From: Gammaproteobacteria bacterium
GTDB taxonomy: Bacteria > Pseudomonadota > Gammaproteobacteria > UBA6429 > Thiohalophilaceae
Assembly (NCBI GenBank): GCA_003233255.1
Contig: QILH01000296.1
Location: 1-40,957 of the forward strand
Length of the DNA stretch: 40,957 nucleotides
Direction: 5' to 3'
This document shows, piece after piece, positions 19,540-30,116 of this stretch (position 1 is the first letter of the stretch; the number at the start of each line of letters is the position of its first letter). The notes below the pieces were generated by a model. It saw nothing but the letters and a program-made list of their open reading frames with translations, had not been told where the DNA came from and did no database searches. Position numbers and translations under genes: made by a program.

Positions 19540-20043
19540 GTGTCTTGTTTACTCGAAAAAGAATTACCTTTTGCCTGGACTCTTATTAATGCACAAGATC
19601 CGTATGTCGAGTTTCCATTAAACCAGATTGCCTATGCTCTGATCGAGCATAATGAAGAACACTCTAATAAGTCCGTCAGTGAGGAAGAGTCCGACCTTCG
19701 CCGTGTCGAACATAAAGTAGATTTAATATTACAAATGCTGGGTCATATCATGCAGGCTAGCTCAGGGGTGCCCGATAAGATAAGATTGCAGCTATCTGCA
19801 GATGAGATAGCCTGGTATTACCCAGAAGCCGTAATAGATCAAGATTATCAGGTCACGCTGTTTTTGAGCGAAGATTATCGTCTGCCGCTTAATCTGCTGG
19901 TTCGTGTTATCAAGATTGAGTCAGGATGGTGTCATGCCGTAATAAAATACCAACGTGCGGATGAGCAAACAACCTGGGAAAAATGGGTGTTTCGGCAGCA
20001 TCGACGTCATGTTGCTCATATCAGGGCCGATACGAATCCATAA
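19540..20043 (+). CDS. Hypothetical 167-aa protein, possibly with a non-canonical PilZ-like C-terminal half
   Basis: GTG start. The C-terminal alternating beta-like pattern (IRLQLSADEIAWYYP..YQVTLFL...LLVRVIKIE.GWCHAVIKY...WEKWVF) resembles a PilZ barrel, but no RxxxR precedes it. The assignment is tentative. Confidence 0.35.
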   Translation: MSCLLEKELPFAWTLINAQDPYVEFPLNQIAYALIEHNEEHSNKSVSEEESDLRRVEHKVDLILQMLGHIMQASSGVPDKIRLQLSADEIAWYYPEAVIDQDYQVTLFLSEDYRLPLNLLVRVIKIESGWCHAVIKYQRADEQTTWEKWVFRQHRRHVAHIRADTNP

Positions 20044-20213
20044 AAACCTAAGACGATCATGCCTTGTGTCGTTCGTTTTTCTATATCCCCATATTTTTAT
20101 CCAATATAAAGTATTTAACGCCAATATTTTGACTTTCACTCAGTCACTGTCTACGCTCTTTACTGCACCAGTAAAATGAAAATTAATTTACTACTTTATA
20201 GAAATGGGAGCCT

Positions 20214-21638
20214 ATGTCTATACTAATTATTGATGATAATGTTGAGCGGCGAGATCAAGTTGAATTCTTGCTTAGTTTTATTGACTATGAACTTTATGCT
20301 GCGTCCTCTTCCGATGGATGGCAATCGAATAAAGCAGATAAAAATCCCGAAGTCGTCATTCTCGGCGATGTTGGAGGAACAGACGATATCATCAACACTA
20401 TTACGAAGGTAAAAGAGACGTTCGATTCGATTACGCCAGTATTAATATTAACGGAATTGCGTGACAAAAGTTTATTACCGCCTGAGATTACGGCAAAGAT
20501 CGTTAATGTCATTGAAGAACCCATCAAGCATCGCCAGTTGTTACACGCATTACATTTGGCGCAAGTCTACCGTGAGTCTCAGTCCAGTAATAGCAGTACC
20601 ACGCCCATGTTGTTTCGCAGTATGGTTGGACATTCACGTTCGATTATTCAGGTTCGCAAATTAATCGAACAGGTGGCCGATACCGGGGCAAACGTACTTA
20701 TTCTGGGGCAATCTGGCACGGGCAAGGAGGTGGTTGCCAGGAACCTGCATTACTATTCTTCTCGACGTGATCGCCCCTTTGTTCCGGTGAACTGTGGTGC
20801 GATTCCCCCAGACTTGTTAGAAAGCGAACTATTTGGCCATGAAAAGGGCTCCTTCACCGGGGCGATCTCGGCACGACAGGGACGATTTGAGCTTGCAGAG
20901 GGTGGGACATTATTTTTAGATGAAATTGGTGATATGCCGCTCGCTATGCAAGTTAAAATATTACGGGTATTACAGGAACGCGTATTCGAACGTGTCGGCA
21001 GCAACAAAAGTATTAAGGCCGATGTGCGAATTATTGCCGCGACCCACCGTGAACTTGAGACTGAGATTGCCGAAGGACGTTTCCGCGAGGATCTCTTTTA
21101 TCGTCTGAATGTATTTCCTATTGAAATGCCGGCATTAAAAGACCGTAGTGATGATATTCCTTTATTGATCAAAGAACTGGTTACTCGTATGGAGCATGAT
21201 CAACGAGGTTCGGTACGCCTGACTCCAACGGCGATTGCCGCTTTGGCGCATTATCCCTGGCCTGGTAACGTGCGTGAACTCTCTAATTTGATGGAACGCC
21301 TTATCATTATGCATCCCTATGGGGTTGTTGATGTTCGTGATTTACCTGAGAAATTCAGGGGACAGGTAGTGAATATCAACGAGGACGAGGTTTTATCGAT
21401 TGAATCGGTGATGGAAAATGATGATGCTGCTGCGAATGCAATGCGTTTACCCCGTAATGGACTCGATTTAAAAGAACATTTAAGTCAGTTAGAGTTTTCA
21501 CTAATTAAACAGGCATTGGACGAGGCCGATGGTGTGGTTGCGCATGCGGCGAAGCGTTTATCGATGCGTCGTACGACTCTGGTCGAAAAAATGCGCAAAT
21601 ACGGTTTGCAACGTCAAGAACACGTGTCGGGAATTTGA
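20214..21638 (+). CDS. fleQ: Sigma54-dependent master flagellar regulator FleQ/FlrA
   Basis: 474 aa with a degenerate receiver-like N-terminus. AAA+ core motifs: GQSGTGKEVVARNLH, EKGSFTGA, LFLDEIGDM, FREDLFYRLNVFPI. C-terminal Fis-type HTH (AAKRLSMRRTTLVEKMRKYG). Confidence 0.9.
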   Translation: MSILIIDDNVERRDQVEFLLSFIDYELYAASSSDGWQSNKADKNPEVVILGDVGGTDDIINTITKVKETFDSITPVLILTELRDKSLLPPEITAKIVNVIEEPIKHRQLLHALHLAQVYRESQSSNSSTTPMLFRSMVGHSRSIIQVRKLIEQVADTGANVLILGQSGTGKEVVARNLHYYSSRRDRPFVPVNCGAIPPDLLESELFGHEKGSFTGAISARQGRFELAEGGTLFLDEIGDMPLAMQVKILRVLQERVFERVGSNKSIKADVRIIAATHRELETEIAEGRFREDLFYRLNVFPIEMPALKDRSDDIPLLIKELVTRMEHDQRGSVRLTPTAIAALAHYPWPGNVRELSNLMERLIIMHPYGVVDVRDLPEKFRGQVVNINEDEVLSIESVMENDDAAANAMRLPRNGLDLKEHLSQLEFSLIKQALDEADGVVAHAAKRLSMRRTTLVEKMRKYGLQRQEHVSGI

Positions 21639-21691
21639 CCGTGAACGTTGTTACTTTCAGTAAGCATTTGTTTCGATAGCGAAATTTATTT

Positions 21692-21707
21692 AGGCATACT
21701 TCTTGCT
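21692..21707 (+). promoter_or_regulatory. Sigma54-type promoter for fleS-fleR(-fliE...)
   Basis: AGGCAT-ACTTC-TTGCT with GG-N10-GC spacing, about 70 nt upstream of the fleS ATG. Confidence 0.55.
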
Positions 21708-21776
21708 CAACATAGTAGACGTGACATTGGCTTATGATTTTTAAGTCGTTGAACTACTTGTTGGGAAAAAGGTGCC

Positions 21777-23108
21777 ATGAGTGCAGAATTAAACAAACAT
21801 GCGACCACGGATGAGTCACTTGAACAAAAGCGGGTGGTTGCTGCTCCTGATATATTTACGACACAATCTACCGAAGGTATAGCGTCTGGAGCGCAGGGTT
21901 CCAGGCAGGCCTTGCATGATGCCTTTTCGGCTTTTAACCAGATATCAAACCAGCTTGCCTCTTCATACCATGCTCTTGAACAACAAGTTGCGCACTTAAA
22001 CGTTGAGCTGAGTAAGTCTCATGAATCTCGTTTAAGGGAGTTAACTGAAAAAGAACGACTTGCCAATCGGCTGTCAACCTTATTGCAGGCTTTACCCGGC
22101 GGTGTTGTGGTGCTGGGTAGCGACGGTAAGATACAGGAATTTAATCCAACCGCGCTAGATTATCTGGGAGAACCCTTAGAAAACCAGTATTGGTCTGATG
22201 TGATTAAGCGCGCATTTTCGCCTAAGTCAGATGATGGGTACGATGTTTCGCTTGCGGACGGTCGACGTGTAAATATTTCCACTTGCCCATTGATGAATGA
22301 GCCGGGGCAGATTCTGCTGATAACCGATGTCAGTGAAATGCGCGACCTTCAGGAAAAACTAAACCAACGAGAACGCCTTGCCGCGATGGGAGAGATGGCC
22401 GCATCGCTGGCACATCAGATTCGCACGCCATTAAGTTCAGCCATGTTATACACATCAAATTTAAAACGAGTGGGGCTTGAAGAAAAAGATTTTAATCGCT
22501 ACACAATTAAAATTAAAGACCGGCTGGATCACCTGGAACATATCGTAAATGACATGCTGCTTTATTCGCGAAGCAATACCACAGGAAGAGATGATGAGTT
22601 TACAATGTCAGGTTTACTCACTGAACTCGAATTATTGCTGGATGAACAAATATTAAAGAGCAATGTTGAATTTAGCTGGCACGATTTGGTTGGGGCTAGA
22701 CTCGTTACTGCAAACAAACAAATGTTGTTGAGCGCGCTTTTAAATTTATGCGTTAATGCGATTCAGGCTATGCAAGGTAGCGGGAAATTAAAAGTTTTGT
22801 CAAAACAGGGAAGTAATGCGAGTCTAGAAATTCTAGTTTGCGATGATGGTCCAGGTATCAGTGAGGAAAAACTAAACAATATATTCGATCCGTTTTTCAC
22901 AACACGCAATGATGGTACTGGGTTAGGTCTCGCTGTGGTGCGAGCAATAATCCATGCACACAAAGGCGACGTTATAGTGGATACAGAAAAAGGTGTAGGA
23001 ACAACCTTTATTGTTCAAATACCCCTGCGCGAATTAAAAGAAAATATTCCCATAAATAGTTTGACACCTAATCTTGAAGTATCGGATGAGGTTAGAAAGA
23101 GAGGTTGA
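21777..23108 (+). CDS. fleS: Flagellar two-component sensor kinase FleS/FlrB (soluble; PAS, HisKA and HATPase domains)
   Basis: 443 aa with no TM segment. PAS-like region LLQALPGGVVVLGSDGKIQEFNP, H-box MAASLAHQIRTPLSS, N/G boxes (NLCVNAIQA; DDGPGI; GTGLGLAV). Confidence 0.85.
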   Translation: MSAELNKHATTDESLEQKRVVAAPDIFTTQSTEGIASGAQGSRQALHDAFSAFNQISNQLASSYHALEQQVAHLNVELSKSHESRLRELTEKERLANRLSTLLQALPGGVVVLGSDGKIQEFNPTALDYLGEPLENQYWSDVIKRAFSPKSDDGYDVSLADGRRVNISTCPLMNEPGQILLITDVSEMRDLQEKLNQRERLAAMGEMAASLAHQIRTPLSSAMLYTSNLKRVGLEEKDFNRYTIKIKDRLDHLEHIVNDMLLYSRSNTTGRDDEFTMSGLLTELELLLDEQILKSNVEFSWHDLVGARLVTANKQMLLSALLNLCVNAIQAMQGSGKLKVLSKQGSNASLEILVCDDGPGISEEKLNNIFDPFFTTRNDGTGLGLAVVRAIIHAHKGDVIVDTEKGVGTTFIVQIPLRELKENIPINSLTPNLEVSDEVRKRG

Positions 23109-23109
23109 A

Positions 23110-24486
23110 ATGTCAGTAGCACAAATTATGGTCGTAGAAGACGATGTTGATTTATTGGAAGCGCTTTCTGAAACATTAGAAAGTGCAGGTTATGACGTTA
23201 CCCAGGCAAAAGACGGACGTGACGCATTAAAAATTATCGAAAATAATTGTTTCGATTTGGTTGTGACGGATATACAGATGCCGAATATGGATGGTCATGT
23301 ACTATTAAAGAAAATAAAGGAGAAAACACCAGAATTACCCGTTATGTTAATGACAGCGTATGGAAGTATCCAGCAAGCTGTCGGTGCAATGCGTGATGGG
23401 GCTGTCGACTATATGGTTAAGCCATTTGAGGCCGAAGTGTTAGTGAATATGGTGTCACGTTATGCCGGGCAACCTGATGTTATGGGCGCCGACATGATTG
23501 CCGAAGATCCAAAATCAAAAGAAATGCTGTCAATAGCGAGTCGCGTTGCAAGAAGCACCGCGACTGTCATGATTACCGGTGAAAGTGGTGTTGGAAAAGA
23601 AGTGTTGGCGAAATATATCCATTCACACTCTAAGCGCAGTGAACAACCTTTTGTGGCAATTAACTGCGCGGCTATTCCTGAGAATATGTTGGAAGCAACA
23701 TTATTTGGGTATGAGAAAGGAGCTTATACCGGCGCCTATAAAGCATGCCCAGGTAAGTTTGAGCAGGCCCAGAGTGGTACTTTGCTACTTGATGAAATAA
23801 CAGAAATGGATAAAGGTTTACAGGCAAAGCTATTAAGGGTTTTACAGGAGCGTGAAGTTGAGCGACTTGGAGGAACTAAAGTAATTGAACTTGATGTCAG
23901 GGTGATTGCCACATCAAACCGGAATGTGCATGAGTATGTTGCGGAAGGAAAATTTCGTGAAGATTTATTTTATCGATTGAATGTCTTTCCCATCAATATT
24001 CATTCCCTGGTTGATCGCCAAGGTGACACGATTGCGTTAACAAAAAGAATAATTGAAAAAACCTGTAAGCAGTTAAATGTTGCGATTCCTGACTTGTTGG
24101 AGTGTGCCAAGAAAAAATTATTATCTCATACATGGCCGGGAAATGTGCGCGAGCTAGATAATGTTGTACAGCGCGCATTGGTTTTATTTGGCAAAGACGT
24201 CTTGACTGAAGACGACATCCATTTTGAATTAGGCGATCCAGTTTCAAGGCCAGCTGGCTTGCTGCATAACGCCTCTGTTTCGTTTGAATCCAGGGGTGAA
24301 AGTTTAAATAGTGAAGTTAAACAAAAAGAGTGGAATGTCATTGTAACGACTATAGCTGAAGTTAATGGTAGTCGCAAAAAAGCGGCAGAGAAGTTGGGGA
24401 TAAGCCAGCGCACGCTACGATATAAACTCGCAAAAATGCGCGAAGCTGGAGTAAGTATTCCAGGTCGTTCAGCAGAAATGTACTGA
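23110..24486 (+). CDS. fleR: Sigma54-dependent response regulator FleR/FlrC
   Basis: The ATG at 23110 (MSVAQIMVVEDD) lies 1 nt after the fleS stop and has an AGAGAGG RBS. REC (DLVVTDIQMPNMDG), AAA+ (GESGVGKE, EKGAYTGA), HTH (AAEKLGISQRTLRYKL). Confidence 0.9.
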   Translation: MSVAQIMVVEDDVDLLEALSETLESAGYDVTQAKDGRDALKIIENNCFDLVVTDIQMPNMDGHVLLKKIKEKTPELPVMLMTAYGSIQQAVGAMRDGAVDYMVKPFEAEVLVNMVSRYAGQPDVMGADMIAEDPKSKEMLSIASRVARSTATVMITGESGVGKEVLAKYIHSHSKRSEQPFVAINCAAIPENMLEATLFGYEKGAYTGAYKACPGKFEQAQSGTLLLDEITEMDKGLQAKLLRVLQEREVERLGGTKVIELDVRVIATSNRNVHEYVAEGKFREDLFYRLNVFPINIHSLVDRQGDTIALTKRIIEKTCKQLNVAIPDLLECAKKKLLSHTWPGNVRELDNVVQRALVLFGKDVLTEDDIHFELGDPVSRPAGLLHNASVSFESRGESLNSEVKQKEWNVIVTTIAEVNGSRKKAAEKLGISQRTLRYKLAKMREAGVSIPGRSAEMY

Positions 24487-24496
24487 GGTGAATTGA

Positions 24497-24832
24497 ATGA
24501 GTAATACTATTTCACCCGATGCATTGCTTGCTCAAATGCGTGGCATGATTGAGCAAGCAAAGATTGCTCCGACCACTAATGAAGTTACTGCTCCGTCCAA
24601 TTCTCAACGTGAGGCGTTTTCAAATTTACTAAAAAATGCTATTAATACAGTAAATGACAATCAACAATATGCGAATGAATTATCGACCGCAATGCAAAGC
24701 GGTGATCCGAGCGTGCAAATGTCTGAGGTAATGGTTGCTTTACAAAAATCAAATGTTTCGTTTCAGGCCATGGTAGAAGTTAGAAATCGTCTGGTTAGTG
24801 CATACCAGGAAATTATGAATATGCAAATATAA
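24497..24832 (+). CDS. fliE: Flagellar hook-basal body complex protein FliE
   Basis: 111 aa. FSNLLKNAINTVNDNQ...VMVALQKSNVSFQAMVEVRNRLVSAYQEIMNM. Confidence 0.9.
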   Translation: MSNTISPDALLAQMRGMIEQAKIAPTTNEVTAPSNSQREAFSNLLKNAINTVNDNQQYANELSTAMQSGDPSVQMSEVMVALQKSNVSFQAMVEVRNRLVSAYQEIMNMQI

Positions 24833-24843
24833 GGGCGTAAAGT

Positions 24844-26472
24844 ATGGCGGCAGAGCTTGTAAAATCAGATCAAATTAACTCGTCATTCCAGGGTATGTCC
24901 CAATTGCCCGTGTTACGTCAAATGGGTCTATTGATAGGTTTGGCCGCAAGTATCGCGATTGGGGTATATGTGGTTCTGTGGTCACAAAATCCAAATTACA
25001 CAGTGTTGTATCATCAGGCATCGGCAAAAGATGCAAGTGAAATTGTCAAGGTATTGCAAACCCGAAAAATTCAATATCAACTGGATACAAGCAACGGGGT
25101 GATATTGGTTGAGACAGGAAAAGTTCATGAAGCCCGCATGGCGCTGGCAGAACAAAGTCTACCCAGTCATTCAGGTGGGGGGTTTGAATTTATAAGTGAA
25201 CCGCAAGGTATTACAACTAATAGTTTTATTCAAAATAAACGTTATCAGGTTGCTCTGCAAAATGAACTGGCTGAGACCATTATGTGGATGTCGGCGGTTA
25301 ATAATGTACGCGTACACCTCGCATTACCTAAACAAAGTTCATTTTTAGCGGATAAACGTAAACCCAGCGCGTCGGTATTGCTTGATCTGGTATCTGGACG
25401 CATGCTGGAAGATGAGCAGGTAGAATCGATTATGAATCTGGTTGCATCCAGTGTTCCTAATCTAAAATATAAAGACGTAACCGTCGTTGATGATAAGGGG
25501 CGACTTCTTTCCAAGTCCGATCAAATGTCTGGTATAGGATTGTCATCAAGACAACTCGCGTATAAAAAACAGATTGAAAACGATTATAGAAATAACATCG
25601 AGAATATTATTTCACCAATTACGGGTGATGCTAAGGTGCGTGCTCAAGTTGTCGCTGATATGGATTTCACCCAATACGAGATGACTCAGGAATCGTTTAA
25701 TCCAGATGTACCTGCAGTACGAAGCGAGCAACGTGTCGAAGAAAGTACTAACGGTGGTGCAGCGGTATCGGGCATCCCTGGAGCGTTGAGCAATGAGCCG
25801 CCGGGTGCGGCAGATGCACCCGAAAATGCTGTTAATGCTACTGCAAACAATACTGGCGGTGCACGAAGTAAATCCAGTGTGCGATATACAATCAACAATG
25901 AACTTGATCGGTCGATTGTCCATAAACGAAAAAGTCCCGGAGAAATTAAAAAACTATCGATTGCTGTTGTTGTTGATCATAAGTCAGTTACTAATGCGGA
26001 AGGCGAAGAGGTGGCTACTCCATACACTAAAAATGAGCTGGATCGAATCACATTACTGGTGAAAGAAGCCGTTGGATTTAACATCATACGTGGAGATACC
26101 GTTAATGTTATTAATGCGGCCTTCTCCGTGCCCGAGCCACTTGGGCCGATACCAGAGAAATCATTGCTTGATGAACCCTGGGTTTGGGATGTAGGGAAGC
26201 AGATATTGGGTGGTTTATTGGCGGCAATTATTTTATTTGGCATTTTACGTCCGGTAATGCGTAATTTATCCGTTATGCCAAAACTTACAACGGTGACGGC
26301 CGGCCAGGAAGGAGATGATTTGCAGGATGATCAGCTAACACTCACTGGCGAACAGGAAGCCCGCTTGCCCAAGCCAAATGAATATGAATCAGATTTAGAC
26401 ATGGCCAAAGCAATGGTGGTACAGGAACCGAAACGAGTGGCGCAAGTAGTTAAACAATGGGTAAACGAGTAA
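24844..26472 (+). CDS. fliF: MS-ring protein FliF
   Basis: 542 aa with N- and C-proximal TM segments and the YscJ/FliF family core (VLYHQASAKDASEIVKVLQ...). Confidence 0.95.
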   Translation: MAAELVKSDQINSSFQGMSQLPVLRQMGLLIGLAASIAIGVYVVLWSQNPNYTVLYHQASAKDASEIVKVLQTRKIQYQLDTSNGVILVETGKVHEARMALAEQSLPSHSGGGFEFISEPQGITTNSFIQNKRYQVALQNELAETIMWMSAVNNVRVHLALPKQSSFLADKRKPSASVLLDLVSGRMLEDEQVESIMNLVASSVPNLKYKDVTVVDDKGRLLSKSDQMSGIGLSSRQLAYKKQIENDYRNNIENIISPITGDAKVRAQVVADMDFTQYEMTQESFNPDVPAVRSEQRVEESTNGGAAVSGIPGALSNEPPGAADAPENAVNATANNTGGARSKSSVRYTINNELDRSIVHKRKSPGEIKKLSIAVVVDHKSVTNAEGEEVATPYTKNELDRITLLVKEAVGFNIIRGDTVNVINAAFSVPEPLGPIPEKSLLDEPWVWDVGKQILGGLLAAIILFGILRPVMRNLSVMPKLTTVTAGQEGDDLQDDQLTLTGEQEARLPKPNEYESDLDMAKAMVVQEPKRVAQVVKQWVNE

Positions 26473-26484
26473 GGTAGTTTTATT

Positions 26485-27504
26485 TTGGCAGGCGAACAAA
26501 AAAACGAAAACATGAGTGGTGCTGAACGTGCGGCGATCTTGCTGATGACATTAGGCGAGAATGACGCGGCGGAAGTTTTAAAACATATGAGCCCCAAAGA
26601 AGTACAGAAACTGGGGGAGGCTATGGCTTCCATGTCCAATATTCCCAAAGAATTTGTAACCTCGGTGTTAGGTGATTTTTGTGATGCGGTTGATGAGCAA
26701 ACTGAGCTTGGTATAGGCAATGAAGAATATCTCAAGAATGTATTAAATTCAGCATTAGGTGAAGACAAGGCTAGTAGCGTCATAGATCGTATTCTTTTAG
26801 GGCGCCATTCTAAAGGTCTTGAGGCGTTAAAGTGGATGGAAGCACGTGCGGTAGCCGATATGATTCGCCTGGAACACCCACAAATAATTGCGATCGTATT
26901 ATCATATTTAGAACAGGATCAGGCGGCCGATGTGCTTGTTGCGTTACCAGAAAATATGCGTGTTGATATTGTTTTGCGTATATCTTTACTCGATGGTATT
27001 CAACCGAGCGCCATTCATGAACTTGATGATATGTTGGAAAAACAATTTTCAGGCAATGCCGACAGTATACGAACATCGGCCGTCGGTGGAATTAAAACAG
27101 CGGCAAATATTATGAATTATCTCGATAGCAGTATCGAAGCAGAAATTATCGAGAAAGTGAAAGAAGTGGACGAAGAAATTGGTACTAGTATTCAGGATCT
27201 CATGTTTGTATTTGAGAATTTGATTGAGGTTGATGATCGTGGGATTCAGGCGCTGTTACGAGAAGTCTCTTCTGAAACGCTTATTTTAGCTTTGAAAGGA
27301 GCAGATGAAGCAGTAAAAGAAAAAATTCTTAATAACATGTCACGTCGAGCTGGAGAGATGTTAAAAGATGATCTTGAGGCGCGGGGTCCGGTTAAATTGA
27401 GTGAGGTAGAAGGCGGTCAAAAAGAAATACTGACGGTTGCTCGCCGTATGGCAGAATCTGGCGAAATATCATTAGGCGGTAAGGGCGGTGATGAATATGT
27501 CTAA
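26485..27504 (+). CDS. fliG: Rotor/switch protein FliG
   Basis: 339 aa. MSGAERAAILLMTLGE..., EHPQIIAIVLSYL, C-terminal torque helix region. The start is either TTG 26485 or ATG 26512. Confidence 0.95.
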   Translation: MAGEQKNENMSGAERAAILLMTLGENDAAEVLKHMSPKEVQKLGEAMASMSNIPKEFVTSVLGDFCDAVDEQTELGIGNEEYLKNVLNSALGEDKASSVIDRILLGRHSKGLEALKWMEARAVADMIRLEHPQIIAIVLSYLEQDQAADVLVALPENMRVDIVLRISLLDGIQPSAIHELDDMLEKQFSGNADSIRTSAVGGIKTAANIMNYLDSSIEAEIIEKVKEVDEEIGTSIQDLMFVFENLIEVDDRGIQALLREVSSETLILALKGADEAVKEKILNNMSRRAGEMLKDDLEARGPVKLSEVEGGQKEILTVARRMAESGEISLGGKGGDEYV

Positions 27505-28126
27505 TGTTCTTTCGTCGGATGATGAGTCTGATGTTAAGGCCTGGCAAGCTCCTGATGTTGAGTTTTCAGATGGTAAAAGCAGCTACGGTGGCATGCTCAC
27601 AGCTGGAAGTATCGAAAAAATACAAAAAGACGCGTATGCCGAAGGTTTTGAAGCCGGAAAAAAGGATGGTTATAAGGCCGGAGAAGAACTGGTTAAGGAA
27701 AATATTTTTAAATTAACGTCAATAATGGAAGTATTGAACGAGCCGTTGCAGGAACTGGATGAAGATGTAGTTAAGCAATTACTGGAGTTGACAACTATTA
27801 TAGCGAGCCAGGTTATACGCCGAGAGCTACGTGCTGATCCTGGGCAGATTATTGCTGTGGTCAGAGAATGCATAAAATCGTTACCTATAGCCGCACGCAA
27901 AATTAATATTAATTTACATCCTGATGATGCCATGTTAGTTCGGGGTGCTTTTTCGATTGAAGAAAATTTAGATCAAAGTTGGAAAATAAATGAAGATCCG
28001 GTGCTGACCCGGGGTGGATGCCATATTGAAGCAGAAAATTCAAAAATTGATATGACCGTGGAGCAACAACTCAATCGTGTTGTGGCCAGTTTATTAGGTG
28101 ATGAACGTGAGCGAGACGAAGGTTAG
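27488..28126 (+). CDS. fliH: Flagellar export apparatus protein FliH
   Basis: 212 aa. Charged helical N-terminus and a FliH/YscL-like C-terminus. Overlaps the fliG stop and precedes fliI. The exact start is one of 27488, 27491 or 27497. Confidence 0.85.
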   Translation: MMNMSNVLSSDDESDVKAWQAPDVEFSDGKSSYGGMLTAGSIEKIQKDAYAEGFEAGKKDGYKAGEELVKENIFKLTSIMEVLNEPLQELDEDVVKQLLELTTIIASQVIRRELRADPGQIIAVVRECIKSLPIAARKININLHPDDAMLVRGAFSIEENLDQSWKINEDPVLTRGGCHIEAENSKIDMTVEQQLNRVVASLLGDERERDEG

Positions 28127-28140
28127 TTAAAAAATATCTC

Positions 28141-29571
28141 ATGCCTGCGGCCATAAAATCTTCGCTACGAGTTGCACGACAAAAAATCTGGTCTGCCTCT
28201 ATTTCAGTATGTGTAGATCGTTTAAAAGAACCCGCAGGAATTATTGTTGAAGGTAAGCTGAACCGAATGGTGGGGTTAACCTTAGAGGCGGTAGGTTGTC
28301 ATGCTGCAATCGGAGCACGCTGTCTGGTTGATAGCAATGACAATCAACCTATTGAAGCTGAGGTGGTAGGCTTTGCAAATGAACGTCTATTTTTGATGCC
28401 TACCGGTAGTATCCAGGGGCTTCGTCCAAACGCACGAGTTATTCCAACCGAACGTGTTTATGAAGCACCGGTTGGCCATGAATTGTTAGGGCGTGTTCTT
28501 GATGGCGCAGGACGTCCTTTAGACGGTAAAGGTGCATTAAATACAACGCACACACTACCTCTTACCGGTAGACAAATTAATCCCCTATCACGTCAACCCA
28601 TTGAACAACCTCTAGATGTGGGGGTGAGGAGTATTAATTCTTTGCTAACCATTGGCCGAGGTCAACGCATGGGCTTGTTTGCAGGTAGTGGCGTTGGTAA
28701 GAGTGTATTGCTCGGAATGATGACCAAGTTTACCAGTGCCGATGTGATCGTTGTTGGTCTTATCGGTGAACGTGGCCGTGAAGTAAAAGAATTTATTAAC
28801 AAGATTCTTGGCGAAGTGGGTATGTCGCGCTCGGTTGTGGTTGCCGTTCCGGCTGACTATACACCGGTCATGCGTATGCACGGTGCAGCCATGGCAACCA
28901 CGATTGCTGAATATTTCCGAGATCAGGGGCAGCATGTTTTATTGTTAATGGACTCACTAACACGTTATGCGCAGGCACAACGAGAAATAGCCTTAGCGAT
29001 AGGAGAGCCCCCTGCGACAAAAGGGTATCCACCATCAGTATTTGCTCGTTTACCCCAACTGGTTGAACGTGCTGGCAATGGTGATAAAGACGGTGGTTCA
29101 ATAACAGCAATTTATACAATTCTTACCGAAGGCCATGTGGAACAGGATCCTATTGCGGATGCGGCACGTGCAATTCTGGATGGTCATATCGTATTGTCGC
29201 GTGATCTGGCCGAAGCGGGACAATATCCGGCAATTGATATTGAGTCATCAATAAGCCGAACCATGAATGAAATCGTTAGTGACGAACAATTACAACTTGC
29301 GCAACGTTGCCGACTAATTAATTCAATTTATCGTCAAAATGAAGATCTTATTAGCGTGGGTGCCTATACTGTCGGTACCGATGCGCGTATAGATGAGGCT
29401 ATTAATTTTTATCCGACACTGCAACGATTTTTAAAGCAGGATATGAATACGGCGATGGACTGGAAAACCAGTGTTAATGGATTGCAAGCTATGTTTAATG
29501 AACATGATGTAAGACAACAGACGGCAGCTGCACAAATGAATACCGACATGATTAGTCATGGCCAAACCTAA
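28141..29571 (+). CDS. fliI: Flagellum-specific ATPase FliI
   Basis: 476 aa. Walker A GSGVGKS, Walker [12 protein letters not shown]1/T3SS ATPase core. Confidence 0.95.
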   Translation: MPAAIKSSLRVARQKIWSASISVCVDRLKEPAGIIVEGKLNRMVGLTLEAVGCHAAIGARCLVDSNDNQPIEAEVVGFANERLFLMPTGSIQGLRPNARVIPTERVYEAPVGHELLGRVLDGAGRPLDGKGALNTTHTLPLTGRQINPLSRQPIEQPLDVGVRSINSLLTIGRGQRMGLFAGSGVGKSVLLGMMTKFTSADVIVVGLIGERGREVKEFINKILGEVGMSRSVVVAVPADYTPVMRMHGAAMATTIAEYFRDQGQHVLLLMDSLTRYAQAQREIALAIGEPPATKGYPPSVFARLPQLVERAGNGDKDGGSITAIYTILTEGHVEQDPIADAARAILDGHIVLSRDLAEAGQYPAIDIESSISRTMNEIVSDEQLQLAQRCRLINSIYRQNEDLISVGAYTVGTDARIDEAINFYPTLQRFLKQDMNTAMDWKTSVNGLQAMFNEHDVRQQTAAAQMNTDMISHGQT

Positions 29572-30016
29572 GTCAGAGCGTTTTAAAGTGTTGCAGAAAC
29601 TTGCCGGGCGGTATGAGAACATTGCTGCCAGGGATCTGGGCTTGTCTGTTGGGAACCTGGATGCACAAAGGTCACGTCTTATAGAATTACAGAAATTTCG
29701 CGATGAATATACGCAACAATTTAATGTGTCGGGTATGTCAGGCCTTAACAGTATGGCAATGCAATCTTTTCAGCAATTTATTAGCCAGATAGATGTTGCT
29801 ATACAACAGCAAAAACAAACGATTCTATTTGCCGAGCAAGATCACCAAAAGAAAAAACATAACTGGGAGGACAAACACAAGGAAACTCGCATTTATGACA
29901 AAACAATTGAAAAATTTGTTGTAAATGAACAAAATGATAAAGAACAATGTGATCAGGTTGAGATAGACGATTGTAATAATGCCCGATTGAAACCAAAAGA
30001 GTTCGATATCAAATAG
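29558..30016 (+). CDS. fliJ: Flagellar export chaperone/stalk protein FliJ
   Basis: 152 aa coiled-coil protein. Overlaps the fliI 3' end by 14 nt. Canonical position. Confidence 0.8.
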   Translation: MAKPKSERFKVLQKLAGRYENIAARDLGLSVGNLDAQRSRLIELQKFRDEYTQQFNVSGMSGLNSMAMQSFQQFISQIDVAIQQQKQTILFAEQDHQKKKHNWEDKHKETRIYDKTIEKFVVNEQNDKEQCDQVEIDDCNNARLKPKEFDIK

Positions 30017-30063
30017 TTGTAATCTTCGTCAAGGGTTAACTTCTACTTCTTTTACCTCATTTC

Positions 30064-30079
30064 TGGCACGTCCATTGCA
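30064..30079 (+). promoter_or_regulatory. Sigma54 promoter for fliK
   Basis: TGGCAC-GTCCA-TTGCA is a perfect match to the TGGCAC-N5-TTGCA consensus, about 40 nt upstream of the fliK ATG. Confidence 0.75.
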
Positions 30080-30116
30080 AAATACCTTCAAACAAGTACT
30101 CATTTGAGGGAGTTTA

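Noticed and set aside
20044-20213. Sigma70 promoter for fleQ (TTGACT-N17-TACGCT near 20128-20156), and a weak hairpin with a T-run after the upstream gene.
   Set aside because: The -10 box matches only 3/6 and the hairpin stem is 4-5 bp. Plausible, but not supportable from the sequence alone.
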